A DNA stretch of 64,000 bases from Camelus dromedarius (lineage: Eukaryota), in contig NC_087436.1 of NCBI RefSeq assembly GCF_036321535.1, forward strand, positions 118,112,001 to 118,176,000, given 5' to 3'. A program made the position numbers and the translations under genes. Under the pieces are notes generated by a model. The model was given only the letters and a program-made list of their open reading frames with translations, was not told where the DNA came from and made no database searches. Below are positions 61,001 through 64,000 of this stretch, piece after piece. Every line of letters starts with the position of its first letter. The first letter of the stretch is position 1.

Positions 61001-61218
61001 CCATATTTTTAATGGGTGTGCATTCCTGAGATGTTAAGGAAGTGACATTGGCAGGGCTTGGTTACCCAATTCCTACAAGAGAGAGGAGTTAAGAGGAGGA
61101 ATCTTAGTAGTACCTGTGACTCAGGCTTGGAAGGGTGGTGTTGTTTACTGAGATGGGTAATACAGAAGACCTATTTCGGTGGGAAGGAAGATAACTTACC
61201 TCACCTGTGATATGGGCA

Positions 61219-61677
61219 TGTAGCAGATGCTGTCGGGGCTCTGCCCTTGCCCGTGCCTGACTGGATCCCTTTACCACTTGTTGATTCCCAGCGTACTTCC
61301 CTGCAGTTTACCAGCACCGACATGTCTTTTTTGCTGGGCTGCTCTCAGCCTTCCAGAACCTTCTTTGCCGATGCACATATTGCTCGAATTGCCTAGGAAT
61401 TTATATCCTCCTGGAGATACCTCGGTGCAGAGGTGTGAATCTTCCAGCTCCCTTGTACTCAATCAGGGGCATCTGAGGAGGGGTTCTCACAGGCTCCTGG
61501 GCTTCCCTGGGAGCGCGCCTGGTACTTTGCTTCATCTCACGTTTATCCTTGGCCCCTTTTGTTCTGTGTCCCACTTCTCTACTCCCTGACTGGTTTTCCT
61601 AGAAACCCTTAGTAGTAAACCACTTTCAGACAAATCCTCATCTCAGGGCCTGTTTCTGGAGAACCAAAATGAAGACT
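61219..61677 (+). mobile_element. LTR16-family ERVL solo LTR
   Basis: Starts tgtagcagatgctgtcgg and ends taaaccactt..aaatcctcatctcagggcctgtttctggagaacc..aagac. Confidence 0.75.
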
Positions 61678-61875
61678 GAGAGCAGCAATTAATAATACTT
61701 ACATCATAGAGTTGTGAGGATTAAATACAATAATACTTATGATGGACTTTATTGCAATGATTGGCACATAGTCAACATTCAAGAACTGTTGGCTCATATG
61801 TTTTTTAAACTGGGATTTCAGAAATGTTTATTTGAGGGGGCCACTCTCATCCAGGTGGATATCAAATAGACCATT

Positions 61876-63990
61876 CAGTCATTCTCAAAATGTTTTGTCT
61901 CAGGTTCCCTTTTACACTCTTGAAAATTACTGAGGACATTTAAAGAGATTTTGTTTATGTGGGTCATATCTACTTACAGTTATAATTTTAAGAATGAAAG
62001 CTGGGATATTAAAAAAGATTGATTTATAAATGCATTTTTATTTTTTGCTTTTCTATGATAAGTGTATTTTTAAAAGACAATAATAGATCTCCTACATTTT
62101 AACATAAATAGCATTTTTAGTAAAAATACCCATTTTTTCCAAAACAAAAATAAAGTGAGAAAATGCCACTGTTTTACATTTTCGCAAATCTTGTTAATAT
62201 CTGGTTTTATTGAAAGCAGTATCCTTATACGTGCTTCTACAGTCAGTCTATTGCAATGTGATGCTTTGTTTAAAGTATATGAAGAAAATCCAGTCTCATA
62301 CAAGTGTGTAGTTGGTGAAGGGAGGGGTACTTTGATAGCCTTTTTTTTTTTTTTACAGATAATGTTGGATATTCTTCTTTGATACTATTTCAAAACCAAA
62401 TGAGTGGCATTTCCTTAAAGATCAGTTGTGGTATGAAATCTGAAACCATGTCAATGAACTTTTCATATTCTGTGACCTTAAAATCCTTTAGTCTCCCTTG
62501 AAATATAAGTGGATATTTTACTCATGCATTATTTTGTAACATAATACATCAGTCATTTGGAAAATAGTCACTGATTTATTCAGCCCTTCTAAGTGTTGAC
62601 ACACTCCGTTATATAATATTTTTAAATCACACTCACTAATATCACTGCCAAACTCATCAGAAACATCTGTAAGTGTCAGAAAGCTGTCAAACTCATATGA
62701 CAGACGTAAGTTTCCTAAAAGTCTACTTTTTACTTGAAAACTCAAATTTTATTATCAACAACAAATACAGATTTTTTTTTCTTGAAATGACAGGCTTACT
62801 TCATTCTTCTTCAGGTTTGTAGGTTGGTTAACCTCTGAAGTAGAAATGGCATCCCATGAAGAAAATGTTTAGTTCTGCTTATGATTTAACTGCAAAAAGT
62901 TGGTTTGTTTTCTGGAGAGAAGTGCTTTAAACAAATTTCCCATTTGCCACACAGAATATCAAAAAGAAAGGATATGAATTTAATAAAGTTTTTTTCCTGC
63001 TTCATCAGTGCCATTCTTTAGTTTTTTGATTGAAGTACAGTCAGTTACAATGTTTCAATCTCTGGTGCACAGCACAGTATCCCAGTTGTGCATATACACA
63101 CTTATATTCGTTTACATATTTTTTTCATTAGAGATTATGACAAGATACTGAACATAGTTCCCTGTGCTATACAGAAGAAATTTTTTAAAATCTATTTTTA
63201 TATATAGTGGCTAGCATTTGTAAATCTCAAACTCTCAAATTTATCCTTTCCCACCCCCTTTCCAGGTAACCGTAAGATTGTTTACTAAGTCTGCAAATGT
63301 TTCTGTTTTGTAGATGAGTTCATAGTGTCCTTTTTTCTTAAGATTCCACATATGGGTGATATTATGTGTATTTTTCTTTCTCTTTCTTCACTTCACTTCA
63401 CTTTACTTCACTTAGAATGACATTCTCCAGGTCCATCCATGTTGCTGCAAATAGCATTATTTTATTCTTTTTATGGCAGAGTAGTATTCCATTGTATACA
63501 TATACCACAACTTCTTTATCCAGTCATCTGTTGCTGGACATTTAGGTTGCTTCCATGTCTTGACTACTGTATATAGTGGTACTATGAATATTAGGGTGCA
63601 TGTATCATTTCACATTAGAGTTCCCTCCAGACATTATGCCCAGAAGTGGGATTGCTGGATCATATGGTAAGTCTATTTTTAGTTTTTTTGAGGAATCTCC
63701 ATCCTGCTTTCCATAATGGCTGCACTAAACTACATTCCTACCAGCAGTGTAGGAGTGTCATCAATGCCACTCTTAAGTGAATTTGATTTTTATTTGTGAG
63801 TGTGTGGCAGTGAGAAATGCAGTGACCACTGGTACGGTTTGGTGCCACTTCTGTAATTCGTGCAAAGGTGCTACCTGTGTTACCCATCATTGAATTTGCC
63901 CTGTCAGTGAGAACACATTCCAAGATTCAAAAGCCAGTCAGCTCTTGGAAAATTTCAGCACGACCATTGCAAGGCATTTACATAAAAGAT
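61876..63990. mobile_element. Charlie1-like hAT DNA transposon (non-autonomous remnant), interrupted by L1
   Basis: Terminus cagtcattctcaaaa..gtctcaggttcccttttacactcttgaaaattactgaggac..aaagagattttgtttatgtgggt matches recalled Charlie1a; text resumes at about 63775. Confidence 0.8.
63019..63757 (-). mobile_element. LINE-1 3' end inserted in Charlie1, 17-bp TSD with 2 mismatches
   Basis: tcatcagtgccattctt (63002-63018) versus tcatcaatgccactctt (63758-63774). Confidence 0.9.
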
Positions 63991-64000
63991 CTTCTTTGAT

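Overview
This is mammalian intronic DNA, most likely from a camelid (alpaca, llama or camel). That call rests on five copies of a tRNA-Ala-derived vic-1-type SINE and no Alu, B1/B2 or Bov-A/BovB elements that I could recognise. The only host coding sequence I can support is one 152-bp + strand exon at 20146-20297, missed by the ORF track. It encodes [50 protein letters not shown](W), kinase subdomains I-IV of STK32B (YANK2). The rest is the two large flanking introns. These hold mostly antisense LINE-1 fragments, including a young TSD-flanked copy with an open 360-aa ORF2 C-terminus, nested in older L1s. They also hold L2, MIR, MaLR/ERVL solo LTRs, hAT DNA transposons (Charlie1, MER5, MER58, MER63, MER91), simple repeats and several repeat-free islands that look like enhancers. 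Almost all other listed ORFs are TE-derived or spurious. I found no previously undescribed biological system. The best leads are candidate intronic regulatory islands and several readable nested-insertion or deletion histories. Repeat subfamily names come from recalled consensus sequences, and boundaries of old repeats are approximate.
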